DNA of 64,000 nt from an uncultured Lachnospiraceae bacterium (GCA_947567595.1 CANOMQ010000001.1:77613-141612), one strand, 5' to 3'; counted from the first letter of the stretch, positions 34,702-45,378 are shown. A program made the numbers and translations. The notes: generated by a model from the letters alone, not told the origin.

Positions 34702-36436
34702 TATCAAAAAGCTCGGCTATATCTTTGACAAAAAACAAAAGCGCAGGCTTGCCTTTCTAGGGGTACTGATTTTTATCGGCGGCGTGCTGGAAACGCTCGG
34801 CGTGTCGGCGCTGCTTCCGGTGGTGGCGGCAATTGTAGATGTTGACGCGACAATGGACAAATGGTATGTGCGTCCATTCCTTGACCTATTCCATATCTAC
34901 GACCCGACGCAGTTTATCATTGTGCTTTTGTCTGCGCTGATTGCGATTTATATTATCAAAAATGCGTATCTGCTCATTTTGGTCAATGTGAGGACGAAAT
35001 TTATCACCTACAACAAAAATACCCTGATTAGCAGAGTGCTGCGGGAGTTTTTGAACCGCCCGTATGAGTTTTACCTCGACGCGGACATTCCGACGGTGTT
35101 TCGCCTGACGGACAGCGACATTCCGAATGTGTTCAACATGATTATGGCAATCATTTCGCTTGCGTCCGAGGTGGTCGTGTTTGTGATGATTTGCATGGTG
35201 CTTGTCTTAAAGGATTGGAAAATGACGGGCTTTCTCGTTGTCGTGATGCTTGTCATGACGCTGCTGCTCACGAAAATCCTAAAGCCGCAGCTAAGCCGCC
35301 TTGGCAGGAAAAATCAGGACATTCAGTCGCGGATTGCAAAGTGGCGCATTGAGGCGATTTATGGGATTAAGGACGTGAAGGTGTTGCACAGGGAGGCGTT
35401 TTTTGCGGACAATTATGAGGCGTCGGGCGAAATCGGCGCGGGGATTGCAAAGGTTTATGCAGTGCTTAACAGTCTTCCGCGGATTTTAGTGGAGACCATT
35501 TTTATCTGTAGTATTTTGGGTTACATTATGGTGTATATGCTGCTGGGGAATGATTTGCAGGCATTGATTGAGACGTTGACGGTGTTCGGCGCGGCGGCGG
35601 TGCGGCTTATGCCGTGTGTCAACCGGATTAATACGTACATTACCGAGGTGGCATATGCGCAGCCAAGCCTTGACTATGTGTATGAAAACCTGAACATGAG
35701 TGCGATTACGCGCGCAAACGACAGGACGGTCGAGGCAAAAAATCCTGCGGTTACGATTGCGCTTACGGATAAGATTGAGCTGAAAGACATTGAATATGCC
35801 TATCCGAACACGGATACGATGATTTTTACGGGTGCGGACATGGTGGTGCCTTATGGAAAGTCGGTTGGTATCATGGGGCCATCGGGTGCCGGAAAATCCA
35901 CGGTTGTGGATATTTTGCTTGGGCTTTTGCGGGCGAAAAAGGGCACAATTACCTGCGATGGTGTGGACGTGTTTGAGAATTATCCGTCGTGGCTTGCACA
36001 GATTGGTTATATTCCACAGTCCATTTACCTTGTGGATGAGCCAATCCGCAATAACATCGCGTTTGGCATTGCGGATGATAAGATCGAGGATAAGCGGATT
36101 TGGGAGGTGCTTGAGGAAGCGCAGCTCAAGGAGTTTATCGAGACGCTGCCGGAGGGGCTTGACACGACAATCGGTGACCGCGGCGTGCGGCTTTCGGGCG
36201 GGCAAAGGCAGCGGCTTGGCATTGCGAGGGCGCTTTACCACAACCCCGAAATTCTTGTCTTTGACGAGGCGACGAGCGCGCTTGACAATGAGACGGAGGC
36301 GGCGGTGATGGAGGCGATTAACAGCTTTCATGGAAAAAAGACAATGGTTATTATTGCGCACAGGTTAAATACGATTGAAAAGTGTGATATGATATATAGA
36401 GTAGCGGACGGGAAAATCGAACGCACGACATTGTAG
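34694..36436 (+). CDS. Fused TMD-NBD ABC exporter, PglK/MsbA-like (candidate lipid-linked glycan flippase)
   Basis: Six TM helices, then Walker A GPSGAGKST, signature LSGGQRQRLGIARAL and Walker B ILVFDEATSALD. The N-terminus MNNIKKLGYIFDKKQKRRL resembles PglK-type exporters. The ORF-track start is 34679. Confidence 0.85.
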   Translation: MNNIKKLGYIFDKKQKRRLAFLGVLIFIGGVLETLGVSALLPVVAAIVDVDATMDKWYVRPFLDLFHIYDPTQFIIVLLSALIAIYIIKNAYLLILVNVRTKFITYNKNTLISRVLREFLNRPYEFYLDADIPTVFRLTDSDIPNVFNMIMAIISLASEVVVFVMICMVLVLKDWKMTGFLVVVMLVMTLLLTKILKPQLSRLGRKNQDIQSRIAKWRIEAIYGIKDVKVLHREAFFADNYEASGEIGAGIAKVYAVLNSLPRILVETIFICSILGYIMVYMLLGNDLQALIETLTVFGAAAVRLMPCVNRINTYITEVAYAQPSLDYVYENLNMSAITRANDRTVEAKNPAVTIALTDKIELKDIEYAYPNTDTMIFTGADMVVPYGKSVGIMGPSGAGKSTVVDILLGLLRAKKGTITCDGVDVFENYPSWLAQIGYIPQSIYLVDEPIRNNIAFGIADDKIEDKRIWEVLEEAQLKEFIETLPEGLDTTIGDRGVRLSGGQRQRLGIARALYHNPEILVFDEATSALDNETEAAVMEAINSFHGKKTMVIIAHRLNTIEKCDMIYRVADGKIERTTL

Positions 36437-36446
36437 AGGGGAATTT

Positions 36447-37484
36447 ATGAGCGACAGACCTATCATTGCGACAGAGCTGTTACAGGGACAGGGGCTTGGG
36501 AACCAGTTGTTCTGCTATGTGACGGTGCGCAGTCTTGCATATGCGAAGGGATATGATTTCAGTATATTAAACAGGGACATTTTTGCAAATAATATACACA
36601 GCAGCAAGGGAATGTATTTTATGGACCTTGACTGTGGCGTTGATATGCCAAAGGAAGCGTTTGGCAACATCTGCCACGAGCGCGAAGACAGGCTGTTTCT
36701 TGCAAATTCCATGCATGACCTTGTACACGGCTGTTATGTGACGGGGACGGACAAGGCGCTTTTGGCGTTGGACAAGACGACGCTTGTGTATGGCAATCTG
36801 CAGGCATGGGATTATTTCGGGCAGTATCGGGACGAGATTAAGGAGTGGCTTGCGGTCAAACCGGAATATGACTGTTATTCCTATGCACGCGAGAACCTTT
36901 GTATCATCAATGTGCGCGGCGGCGAGTATGCGGGAAATCCCGAGTTATTTCTAAGGCGTAAATATTGGCTTGACGCGATGAAAAAAATGTGCGAAATCCG
37001 TTCGGATATGGAATTTATGATTGTGACGGACGATGTGGACGCGGCAAAGCGCGTGCTTCCGGAGGTTGAGGCGCATCATTTCGACCTTGCAAAGGATTAT
37101 ACCATAATAAAAAACGCAAGTTATTTAATTTTATCGAACTCAACATTTGCCTTTTTCCCCGCGTTTACGAGTGAGACGGTAAAGTATATCATTGCGCCAA
37201 AGTATTGGGCGAGGCACAATGTTTCGGACGGGTACTGGGCGTCGGAGCAGAATATTTATGACGGTTTTTGGTATATGGATAAAAAGGGCAGGCTGTTTTC
37301 GGCGCAGGAGTGCAGGGACGAGCTTGCAGTGTATAAAAAAACATCGAAAAATTATCAGCGGATTGGCGTGCCGCTTACGGGAATCGCTTTGAAAACGGCA
37401 AGAGTCAGAGCAAAAAGCCTGATATATCGCGATTTGTTCGTAAGAGCGCTGCGCTCGCTTAGACGGCGGCTGACGAAGAAATAA
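36447..37484 (+). CDS. GT11-like glycosyltransferase (divergent)
   Basis: LQGQGLGNQLFCYV, INVRGGEY and LSNSTFAFFPAF parallel the three GT11 motifs but are more divergent. Confidence 0.65.
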   Translation: MSDRPIIATELLQGQGLGNQLFCYVTVRSLAYAKGYDFSILNRDIFANNIHSSKGMYFMDLDCGVDMPKEAFGNICHEREDRLFLANSMHDLVHGCYVTGTDKALLALDKTTLVYGNLQAWDYFGQYRDEIKEWLAVKPEYDCYSYARENLCIINVRGGEYAGNPELFLRRKYWLDAMKKMCEIRSDMEFMIVTDDVDAAKRVLPEVEAHHFDLAKDYTIIKNASYLILSNSTFAFFPAFTSETVKYIIAPKYWARHNVSDGYWASEQNIYDGFWYMDKKGRLFSAQECRDELAVYKKTSKNYQRIGVPLTGIALKTARVRAKSLIYRDLFVRALRSLRRRLTKK

Positions 37485-37557
37485 CGCCGGATTACGCGTG
37501 GGCTGCGGTTGTCAGAACGGATTGAACAGTGAGGGCTGTGGAAAGGGAGAGGATTAG

Positions 37558-38313
37558 ATGCAGGAAAAGAGAGAACTGCCCAATGTTACATTAGTGGCGA
37601 TGGCAAGTGTGAACATACGGGCGACGATTAAGGCAATGCTTTACAGTATGCGTGGTATTGAATTTGGCGATGCAGTGCTGATTACCCACAAGAAGCCGTT
37701 GGGGCTGTCCAAAAGCATTCGTTACAGCCACACGGACAGACTTTGCAATATTGATGATTTTAATTATAAAATGGTCTATGAGCTTGGCAGCCATATCCAT
37801 ACGGATTTTGCGCTGATTGTCCACGCGGACGGTTTTGTTGTACACCCTGAATTGTGGCGCGATGAGTTTTTGGACTATGACTATATCGGCGCGCCGTGGC
37901 CGCTCCCACCAGAGGGCGACACTACGACGTACCGCGACAAGGACGGGAATATATGCCGCGTGGGAAACAGCGCGGGTATCCGCAGCAAGCGTCTGATGGA
38001 TTTTCCGAAAAAAGCAGGTATTCCGTGGGAGGGCGAGTATGCCTACGGGCAGATGTGGTATTATGAGGACGGCTTTATCTGTTGCAAAATCCGCCATCTT
38101 TTGGAGGCAGAGGGAATGCGGATTGCGCCGCTTGAGGTGGCGAAGTATTACAGCCATGAGAAGATGATCCCCGAAGTGAAGGGAATCACGCCGTTTGCGT
38201 TCCACAAGTGGGAGGGGACGAACGCGCAGTATCCGAACTTTATTAAAGCATCAATAAAGGAACGCATCAAGAGAAGGCTAAAAAAGGAAGGTACAGTTAG
38301 TTATGAGAAATAA
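37558..38313 (+). CDS. Hypothetical cytoplasmic protein, possibly DUF5672-like
   Basis: ALIVHADGFVVHPELWRDEFLDYDYIGAPW resembles my recollection of DUF5672. No TM segment. 251 aa. Confidence 0.45.
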   Translation: MQEKRELPNVTLVAMASVNIRATIKAMLYSMRGIEFGDAVLITHKKPLGLSKSIRYSHTDRLCNIDDFNYKMVYELGSHIHTDFALIVHADGFVVHPELWRDEFLDYDYIGAPWPLPPEGDTTTYRDKDGNICRVGNSAGIRSKRLMDFPKKAGIPWEGEYAYGQMWYYEDGFICCKIRHLLEAEGMRIAPLEVAKYYSHEKMIPEVKGITPFAFHKWEGTNAQYPNFIKASIKERIKRRLKKEGTVSYEK

Positions 38314-40648
38314 TATGAGTGCGAATGTAAAGAATTTTATTTTTGAGCATAAAACTTTTGATGGTTTTATACTGTTACAATTGTTTTTATTGTTTTTTTT
38401 GTTTGTGCGCCTTTGGGGTAAGGGCATAGAAATGCAATTCAATGCGGCAAATCTAAATATAACAGATGAAAAAGTGGCAGTTAATGAAGATGATTCGATA
38501 TATATTACAGGGAAAAATGACTCAGAGGTTTATGGAAGATGGATTGCAGAAACAGATCAGTTTGATTTAAAAGGAGGTATGTATGAAATAGCAGTTGATT
38601 ACCAATCGCTTTTATATGATACAGATGAGGCAATGGATTACGAAAATATTACAGGAAGGCTTGAAACAATAAGGGGGGAAAAGGCCGATAATTTTTACTA
38701 TAATTATTTAACATTTCAAGATGGTGATACGAATCGGACAACGCGTATATGGGTTAGGGATGATAGTGGTGAAAACGGACTAAAGTTAGTAATCAATTTT
38801 TACGGTACTGGTGAGCTTAAAATTAATAAAATCATTATAAAGGAGCTTATAATATGGCGCTTTATGAGATTTTTTACGTGGTTGCTTTGCTTTTGTGTAA
38901 TAGATGTGCTATGTCTGTATTTTTTTGTATATGAAAATGTGAAAAAAAAGCTGGTGACTTCTATATTGCTTTTTACGATTTTTTTTGTCAGTCTTCCGAT
39001 GCTCACTGATTTGTTGTTTAGCGGAGATGATTTGAATTTTCATTTAACAAGGATCTTAACATTAGCGGACAGTCTGTCAGCAGGTATCATTATAGAACCG
39101 ATACAAACAGGGGTATATAATGGCTATGGTTATGCAGCACCTTTGTTTTATGGACAGTTATTTTTATACTTGCCGGCAATTCTATATAATTTAGCAGTAC
39201 CTATACAAATCTGTTATCAAATATATGTGATTACGGTAAATATTGTGACATGCTTGATTGCGTATTTTAGTTTTAAGGGGATTACTAAAGATGATAAAAT
39301 TGCTGTCACAGGTGCTGTAGTATATACTCTGGCAATATACAGACTTACAAATTTGTTTGTAAGGGCAGCAGTTGGGGAGTATACGGCAATGGTATTTTTC
39401 CCTTTGCTTGTATATGGATTTTTTCATATATATACAAAAAAAGAGAGTAAAATAAAATTTAGGGATTCTCTTTCTATCGTGATAGGGCTCAGTGGCATTA
39501 TTCAAAGTCATATAATTTCTTGCGAGCTGGTCGCTATTTTTATAGTATTAATATGCATTGTCAACTTTAGAAAGACATTTTCAGTGAAACGTTTTATTGT
39601 GTTTATGGAGGCGGCATTTTTTACGCTACTCGTGAATTTAGGCTTTTTGGTTCCTCTTATAGACTCAATGGGAATGGACATTCAGATAAAAAGCAATGCT
39701 ATAAACAATATGCAAAGACATGGGACATATTTGATACAGGTTCTGAGTTTGTTTCCGATTTCATTTGGGAAAAGTGGTGGCGGTATGCAGGATGAGATGC
39801 ATTTATCGCTCGGATTAGCGCTTGTAGTAGGACTCATTTTGTTTTTTATATGCTGTGTTATGTGTAAAGAGTGGAAAGTAAAGAAATCTCATATCTTCAG
39901 GGTTGGAGTAATTAATGCCATACTTTCTGTTATATGTATTGTTTTAACTTTAAAGTTCTTTCCATGGAATAGCATTGAGGGAGTTCAGAAATCTGTTGCT
40001 CGGATGCTTTGTACAGTCCAGTTTCCATGGCGGTATCTTGCACCAGCAACAATATTTGCTACAGTTGCAACAATTGCCGGACTTGTTATTATAAAGGGTG
40101 TGAAAGGTGAGAAAACAGCATATTCCTTGTGTATGGCACTTGGTTTGACAGCTATTGTAACCAGTGGACTTTGTATGGGTGTATATACAAATGCAGCAGT
40201 TGTGTCAAATGCACTTGGACATGCAGATATTATCTTTGATACAGGAGTTAATGAATATTTGCTTAAAGATACACAGATAGAAGAGCTTCATCAAAGAAAG
40301 GTTTTTTATGATGAAAATTTTATTACAATATCCAATTATCAGTACAAGGATGGTATTACGACATTTGTTTGCAGAAATATTGCTGATGTGGAAAAACCGA
40401 TTGAAATACCACTGTTAAATTATGATAACTATCATGCGTATGATACCGTCACAGGGAAAGAGATTGGTATTATGAACGGTAGCAATAACAGGGTTAGTTT
40501 AGCGGTTCCGGCATTTTTTGACAGTGAAGTGAAGGTTGTTTATGAGATTCCAATTGTTTGGAAAATGGCATATGTTATTTCGATGCTTTCTGTGGTATTT
40601 TTGGTTGTGATGACCGTGAGGAACCACAGAAAAGAGAGGTTATGTTAG
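38303..40648 (+). CDS. Very large polytopic membrane protein (781 aa), GT-C/YfhO-like candidate with extracytoplasmic N- and C-terminal domains
   Basis: TM1, then a soluble region of about 150 aa, then more than 12 TM segments (GDDLNFHLTRI in the first loop), then a soluble domain of about 130 aa and a terminal TM. The gene is markedly AT-rich relative to its neighbours. Confidence 0.5.
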   Translation: MRNNMSANVKNFIFEHKTFDGFILLQLFLLFFLFVRLWGKGIEMQFNAANLNITDEKVAVNEDDSIYITGKNDSEVYGRWIAETDQFDLKGGMYEIAVDYQSLLYDTDEAMDYENITGRLETIRGEKADNFYYNYLTFQDGDTNRTTRIWVRDDSGENGLKLVINFYGTGELKINKIIIKELIIWRFMRFFTWLLCFCVIDVLCLYFFVYENVKKKLVTSILLFTIFFVSLPMLTDLLFSGDDLNFHLTRILTLADSLSAGIIIEPIQTGVYNGYGYAAPLFYGQLFLYLPAILYNLAVPIQICYQIYVITVNIVTCLIAYFSFKGITKDDKIAVTGAVVYTLAIYRLTNLFVRAAVGEYTAMVFFPLLVYGFFHIYTKKESKIKFRDSLSIVIGLSGIIQSHIISCELVAIFIVLICIVNFRKTFSVKRFIVFMEAAFFTLLVNLGFLVPLIDSMGMDIQIKSNAINNMQRHGTYLIQVLSLFPISFGKSGGGMQDEMHLSLGLALVVGLILFFICCVMCKEWKVKKSHIFRVGVINAILSVICIVLTLKFFPWNSIEGVQKSVARMLCTVQFPWRYLAPATIFATVATIAGLVIIKGVKGEKTAYSLCMALGLTAIVTSGLCMGVYTNAAVVSNALGHADIIFDTGVNEYLLKDTQIEELHQRKVFYDENFITISNYQYKDGITTFVCRNIADVEKPIEIPLLNYDNYHAYDTVTGKEIGIMNGSNNRVSLAVPAFFDSEVKVVYEIPIVWKMAYVISMLSVVFLVVMTVRNHRKERLC

Positions 40649-41599
40649 ATGGTTTACGATTGTTTTCAGTTTTTTAATGAACTTGATATATTAAAAATTC
40701 GCCTGAATGTGCTGAACCCCGTAGTGGACAGGTTTGTCATCAGCGAGGCGACGGAGACGTTTTCGGGGCTGGAAAAGCCGCTGTATTTCGAGGAAAATAA
40801 GGAGCTGTTTGTCGAATTTGCGGATAAGATTATCCATGTCGTGGTTGAGGATACCCCCGAGGGGGATACGCACTACCGCGATACGTTTCAGAAAAATGCG
40901 GTGACAAGGGGCTTGAAGGACTGCACAGATGATGATGTGATTATTTTCAGCGACCTTGACGAGATACCAAATCCCGACAAAATCCGTGCGATTTTGCAGA
41001 ATTTTCAGACGGATAAAATCTATCACTTTGCGCAGCGGCTCTTTTACTGTTACCTCAACATGGAGGAGATATCGGGAAACCTGCTTTCCTACGCCGGAGA
41101 ATTTGAGGGTGTGGAGCGCAAAAAATGGATTGGCACGAAGATGTTAAGCTACAAGCTTTTGCGGGAGCGGAATCTCATGCTTGGCGAGCTGCGGTTTCCC
41201 GAGCGCAAGGAAATCGGTATCCGCGTGGACAACGGCGGCTGGCATTTCGGCTATATGGGCGGACATGGGGAGAAAGATATCCGAAAGCGCGTGCAGGAGA
41301 AAGTGGTCTCGGCGGCACATCAGGAATATAATTCAAAACATGTGTTATCAAATGTGACGGATCAGATTAAGGACGGCAAGGACATCTTTGGCAGGAACGC
41401 GCAGTTTGTGCGCTGCGAGATTGACGAGAGCTTTCCGCAGTATATCAGGGAGCACCAAAAGGAGCTGGATTTTCTCATTATGCATGAGGAAAAGGCGGCG
41501 GACAGGGCGTTTCGGCGTGCGAAAATGGGAATAAAAAACACGTGTTATGATATTTTAACAGCGATAAAACGGCTTGGAAGGAAAGTGTTAAGAAGATGA
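40649..41599 (+). CDS. Glycosyltransferase family 17-like (GnT-III-like beta-1,4-N-acetylglucosaminyltransferase family)
   Basis: MVYDCFQFFNELDILKIRLNVLNPVVDRFVISEATETFSGLEKPLYF and DDDVIIFSDLDEIPNP match the characteristic bacterial GT17 N-terminal pattern. Confidence 0.8.
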   Translation: MVYDCFQFFNELDILKIRLNVLNPVVDRFVISEATETFSGLEKPLYFEENKELFVEFADKIIHVVVEDTPEGDTHYRDTFQKNAVTRGLKDCTDDDVIIFSDLDEIPNPDKIRAILQNFQTDKIYHFAQRLFYCYLNMEEISGNLLSYAGEFEGVERKKWIGTKMLSYKLLRERNLMLGELRFPERKEIGIRVDNGGWHFGYMGGHGEKDIRKRVQEKVVSAAHQEYNSKHVLSNVTDQIKDGKDIFGRNAQFVRCEIDESFPQYIREHQKELDFLIMHEEKAADRAFRRAKMGIKNTCYDILTAIKRLGRKVLRR

Positions 41600-42528
41600 C
41601 AGAGCGTATTCCAAAGGTTTCAATATGCGCCCCCGCGTACAACAACGCGCCGGAGGTCGAGCGGCTGTTGCAGTCGGTTTACGCGCAGACGTATACGGAT
41701 TTTGAGGTCAATATTTCGGACGACTCCACGGACGGAGCGGTTGAACAGGTGGTTTTGGCGTTTCAGAAGCAACATACAAACATTCGTTATATCCACAATG
41801 AAACGCCGTACGGACATATTTTTAACTGGAACGCGGCAATCAAGATGGCGCGCGGCGCGTACATCAAAATCATGTTCAGCGACGACTGGTTTACCGATGA
41901 AAAAAGCCTTGGCGCGTATGTGGCGCTTTTGGACAAGTCGCCCGACGCGTATCTGGCGTTTGCAGGCAGCAGGCAGGTTTCGCTGGACAATGAGATGAAG
42001 TATTACGACAGGCACGCCACGCCGCAGTATATCGGCAGGCTGCGAAAGGACTACAGGCAGTTGTTTTTGGGCAATGAAATCGGTGCGCCAAGCGCGGTGA
42101 TGTACCGGCGCGGCGAGTCGCTGACGCTGTTTGACGAAAAGAGCAACTGGGCGTCGGATATGTACCTTTATTTTGACTTGCTGCGCAAAAGCCCCAAATT
42201 TGTGTTCACAACAAAGCCGCTGGCTTCCATAGGCGTGCATGAACATCAGTATACGGAGAGCTTTTCCGAGAAGGATTTGCGCATTTATAATGATTACCGC
42301 TACATGTATGAAAAATACGGGCTGCGCGAAAGCCGGGCGTGCCGGGAGTATTTTACGAAGCAGTTCCTTGTGAAATATGGGAAAGGTATCGGGGAAGCAA
42401 GAAAGCTTGGTATTGAGCCCTCGATGTATTTAAAGGCGTGTGCCCATGAGTTTGGCGGCAGCGTGCGGTGTTTTGTACGTGCGAGGCTTGGCAAAAGCAT
42501 AAAGAAGGAAGCGGGGAGAGCAGAATGA
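41596..42528 (+). CDS. Glycosyltransferase family 2
   Basis: VSICAPAYNNAPEVERLLQSVYAQTYTDFEVNISDDSTD. MFSDDW. ATGA overlap with the upstream gene. Confidence 0.88.
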   Translation: MTERIPKVSICAPAYNNAPEVERLLQSVYAQTYTDFEVNISDDSTDGAVEQVVLAFQKQHTNIRYIHNETPYGHIFNWNAAIKMARGAYIKIMFSDDWFTDEKSLGAYVALLDKSPDAYLAFAGSRQVSLDNEMKYYDRHATPQYIGRLRKDYRQLFLGNEIGAPSAVMYRRGESLTLFDEKSNWASDMYLYFDLLRKSPKFVFTTKPLASIGVHEHQYTESFSEKDLRIYNDYRYMYEKYGLRESRACREYFTKQFLVKYGKGIGEARKLGIEPSMYLKACAHEFGGSVRCFVRARLGKSIKKEAGRAE

Positions 42529-43367
42529 AAAAAACAGACAATTTTTTCATCATCCACAATTTCAACACAGTCCCAACAGACCTTTTGGCGTACTGCAAGG
42601 AGTATCTCATTTATGACTGCTCCACGGACAGTGCAGTGAAACAGCAGTTAAGGGATATGGGCTTGAACCTGAAGGAAGTGGAAAATACAGGGCATAATAT
42701 CACCAGTTATTTTTCGTATTTTGCCGATTACTATGATGCGCTTCCCGAAGTGATGTGCCTGCTCAAGGGAAATATGATTGGGAGGCACTGCTCAAAAGAA
42801 TTTTTTGAACATATGTACGACGCCAAGAGCTTTACCTTTTTGTATGAAGAAAAGCAGTACTGGGACAAATTTTCCAAATACAATGCGGACGGCGTACAAA
42901 ACGAGGCAGGCAACACATTTCTTGCGATGGAGAATGTCTATGTGGAGAAAAACGACTCATGGTACGTAGCGTCGGAGAACCACCCGAAGAAATATTTCAA
43001 TGATGTGGACGATTTGCTGCGGTTTATTTACAAAAAGCCAATGATACCGCAGTACCTCATGTTTGCGTCGGGCGCGTGCTACATTGTCCGCCGCGAGCAG
43101 GTTTTGCGCCACAGCAGGGAATTTTACCGGAACATGAACAAGCTGATGAATTACGGCATGGCGCCAAGCTTCCCCTCCGAGGCGCATCAGGTCGAGCGCA
43201 TTCTGCCAATCCTCTTTAACTCGATTTTGGAGGTGCAGGATTATATGAATGATGAGGCGGCATTTGAGGCAAAGCTGCCTGAGTGTAGCGCGTACATCCA
43301 ATACAAGTACGAAAACAGACCAAGAAAATTCAAAAAGCTGAGAAAAGCGTTGGGATTAATACAATGA
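42525..43367 (+). CDS. Hypothetical cytoplasmic protein of unknown function
   Basis: ATGA overlap with the GT2 stop, and a GGGGAG RBS. NTGHNITSYFSYFADYYDALPEVMCLLKGNMIGRHC faintly resembles DUF3431-type proteins, with very low certainty. The ORF-track start is 42468. Confidence 0.5.
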   Translation: MKKTDNFFIIHNFNTVPTDLLAYCKEYLIYDCSTDSAVKQQLRDMGLNLKEVENTGHNITSYFSYFADYYDALPEVMCLLKGNMIGRHCSKEFFEHMYDAKSFTFLYEEKQYWDKFSKYNADGVQNEAGNTFLAMENVYVEKNDSWYVASENHPKKYFNDVDDLLRFIYKKPMIPQYLMFASGACYIVRREQVLRHSREFYRNMNKLMNYGMAPSFPSEAHQVERILPILFNSILEVQDYMNDEAAFEAKLPECSAYIQYKYENRPRKFKKLRKALGLIQ

Positions 43368-44557
43368 ATACGGACAAAATGGAAAAAATAGAACAGACCG
43401 GCATGATTTGCTTCTGGCTTGCGTTTGTGACGGAGCTTGTCATTGTGATGGTTGACAAAAGTGCATATATCAACCCGATTGAGGGGCAGCTTTTCCGGAT
43501 TACGTTTCTGCTCTGCTGTATCAAGATTGCTGTGACGAAATATTCGCGTGATGAGTGGATTTGTATTTTGTTGTTTGGGGCAGTGGCGTTTGTGTCGTAT
43601 CTTGTCAATGAGCGCGATGAGACGGTGCGGTTAGTGGCGTTTGTGGCGGCGTGCAAGGGCGTGGATTTGCGCAAAATGCTGCGGGTCGCGTTTGGGATTA
43701 CGCTGGCAGGCTCGGTTATTTTGTTTGCGCTTTCAGGACTTGGGCTGTTCGGAGAGTTCAAAATTACGGCAAATTTTGGCAGAGGCGAGTACCCAAGCAT
43801 TATCGAGACACGCTATTGCTTTGGCATGGGGCACCCGAACGCGTTTCAGTGCATGCTGTTTATGATGATAACGCTTTGCCTGTATTTGGACGCGGAGCGG
43901 ATGAAATGGCACCATTTTCTGTTATTGGAATTTATCAATTATTTTTCCTTCCGCTACACGGACTCCAACACAGGCTTTTTAGTGTGTACAGCAGTAATAG
44001 CAGGTGTTATGCTAATGAAATACTGTAAACCGCTGCGAAAAAGCAGGACGATTTATCTTTTGGGTGCGCTGTTTGTGATTGGCATTGTTGTGTTCTCGGC
44101 AATCGGCTCCCATACGGGAATTGAAAATGAGCTGATTAACCGATTGGATACGATTTTAAATGGCAGGTTTAAGTTTGCGCATAAAATCGAAGCGTCACGC
44201 CTTGAAAACTGGCTTCCGTTCGCTTCAGCAGCAAATGAGGAATATTTTGACGCAGGCTTTATCCGGCTGTTTTACTGGTACGGAATCATTCCCGGGGTGC
44301 TTTACGTGCTGATGAATTTGTACCTGATTTATCAAAGCTTCCGAGAGCAGGACTATACACTTGTCGTGATTGTGGCAGGCTATACGCTGTTTACAATTAT
44401 GGAGGCGCATTTAATATCGTTTTACATTCTGCGCAACTACCTCTTTATATGGTTAGGCTACTATTGGTATCAGCCGTTTGCGAAGCGGCAATGCTTTGAG
44501 GGATATTTTTGGCAGGTCAGGAAGCTGCTTGTGGCGAAGAACGGAGGTGCGTCATGA
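43364..44557 (+). CDS. Wzy-like polytopic membrane protein (O-antigen polymerase/ligase-like)
   Basis: About 10 TM helices. A loop carries CFGMGHPNAFQ, similar to the H-N-containing loops of the O-antigen ligase/polymerase family. 397 aa, a typical Wzy size. Highly divergent, as is usual for Wzy. Confidence 0.5.
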   Translation: MNTDKMEKIEQTGMICFWLAFVTELVIVMVDKSAYINPIEGQLFRITFLLCCIKIAVTKYSRDEWICILLFGAVAFVSYLVNERDETVRLVAFVAACKGVDLRKMLRVAFGITLAGSVILFALSGLGLFGEFKITANFGRGEYPSIIETRYCFGMGHPNAFQCMLFMMITLCLYLDAERMKWHHFLLLEFINYFSFRYTDSNTGFLVCTAVIAGVMLMKYCKPLRKSRTIYLLGALFVIGIVVFSAIGSHTGIENELINRLDTILNGRFKFAHKIEASRLENWLPFASAANEEYFDAGFIRLFYWYGIIPGVLYVLMNLYLIYQSFREQDYTLVVIVAGYTLFTIMEAHLISFYILRNYLFIWLGYYWYQPFAKRQCFEGYFWQVRKLLVAKNGGAS

Positions 44558-45378
44558 AGCTGGTAAGCGTCATTGTCCTTGCATACAGGTCAGCAGAAAC
44601 AATCGTGCAGACCTTGGACAGTATCAAAAACCAAACCTACAAAAACATAGAATTGATTGTCACAGACGACTGTTCTCCTGATCATACAGTAGAAGTAGTG
44701 CAGAAGTGGCTCGGCGATAATAAGGGAGTCCTTACAGACATGCGGCTTGTCACGGCGCAGCAAAATACGGGAATTGCCGGAAACATCAACCGTGCACTGG
44801 TTCACGCAAAAGGCGATTACGTCAAGATTATCGGAGATGACTGCATGACAAAGGACGCAGTATCGGAATACGTCAGGTTTTGTGAAAAAAATCCGGGTGT
44901 TATCCCAATTGCAAAAGTCCATTTGTTTTATGATGGAAAAGCAGAAGAAAAAGTAGATTTTAAGTCGATTGAAGCATACTGCAACAGATGTTATGAATTT
45001 GCCGCGCAGACGGATTACAAAAAACAATACCATATGTTATTGAAGCAAAACTGCATTTTGGCACCGTCAGGCTCCTTTTATCCAATGGAAATTATCAGAA
45101 AGGTAGGAGGATATGACGAAAGCTACAGTTGCTTTGAGGATTACCCAATGAACCTAAAGGTTATGCATGAAGGGTATCGCTGCGGATTGATCAATCGTGA
45201 GCTGATTTATTATAGAATAACAGGTGGTTCTATTACCGCGTCACAGCAGGCACGCGTGAAAAAAACGGAGATGAAGCTTTTTTTCAGGGAGCGGATGTTT
45301 TACATGATGCAGGCAGGAATGGGCTGGGAGGCAGTGAAGCAGTCAAGATACTGGGCGAAAATTGCACTCAAAGGGTAA
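44554..45378 (+). CDS. Glycosyltransferase family 2
   Basis: VSVIVLAYRSAETIVQTLDSIKNQTYKNIELIVTDDCSPD. ATGA overlap with the upstream stop. The ORF-track start is 44509. Confidence 0.88.
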   Translation: MKLVSVIVLAYRSAETIVQTLDSIKNQTYKNIELIVTDDCSPDHTVEVVQKWLGDNKGVLTDMRLVTAQQNTGIAGNINRALVHAKGDYVKIIGDDCMTKDAVSEYVRFCEKNPGVIPIAKVHLFYDGKAEEKVDFKSIEAYCNRCYEFAAQTDYKKQYHMLLKQNCILAPSGSFYPMEIIRKVGGYDESYSCFEDYPMNLKVMHEGYRCGLINRELIYYRITGGSITASQQARVKKTEMKLFFRERMFYMMQAGMGWEAVKQSRYWAKIALKG

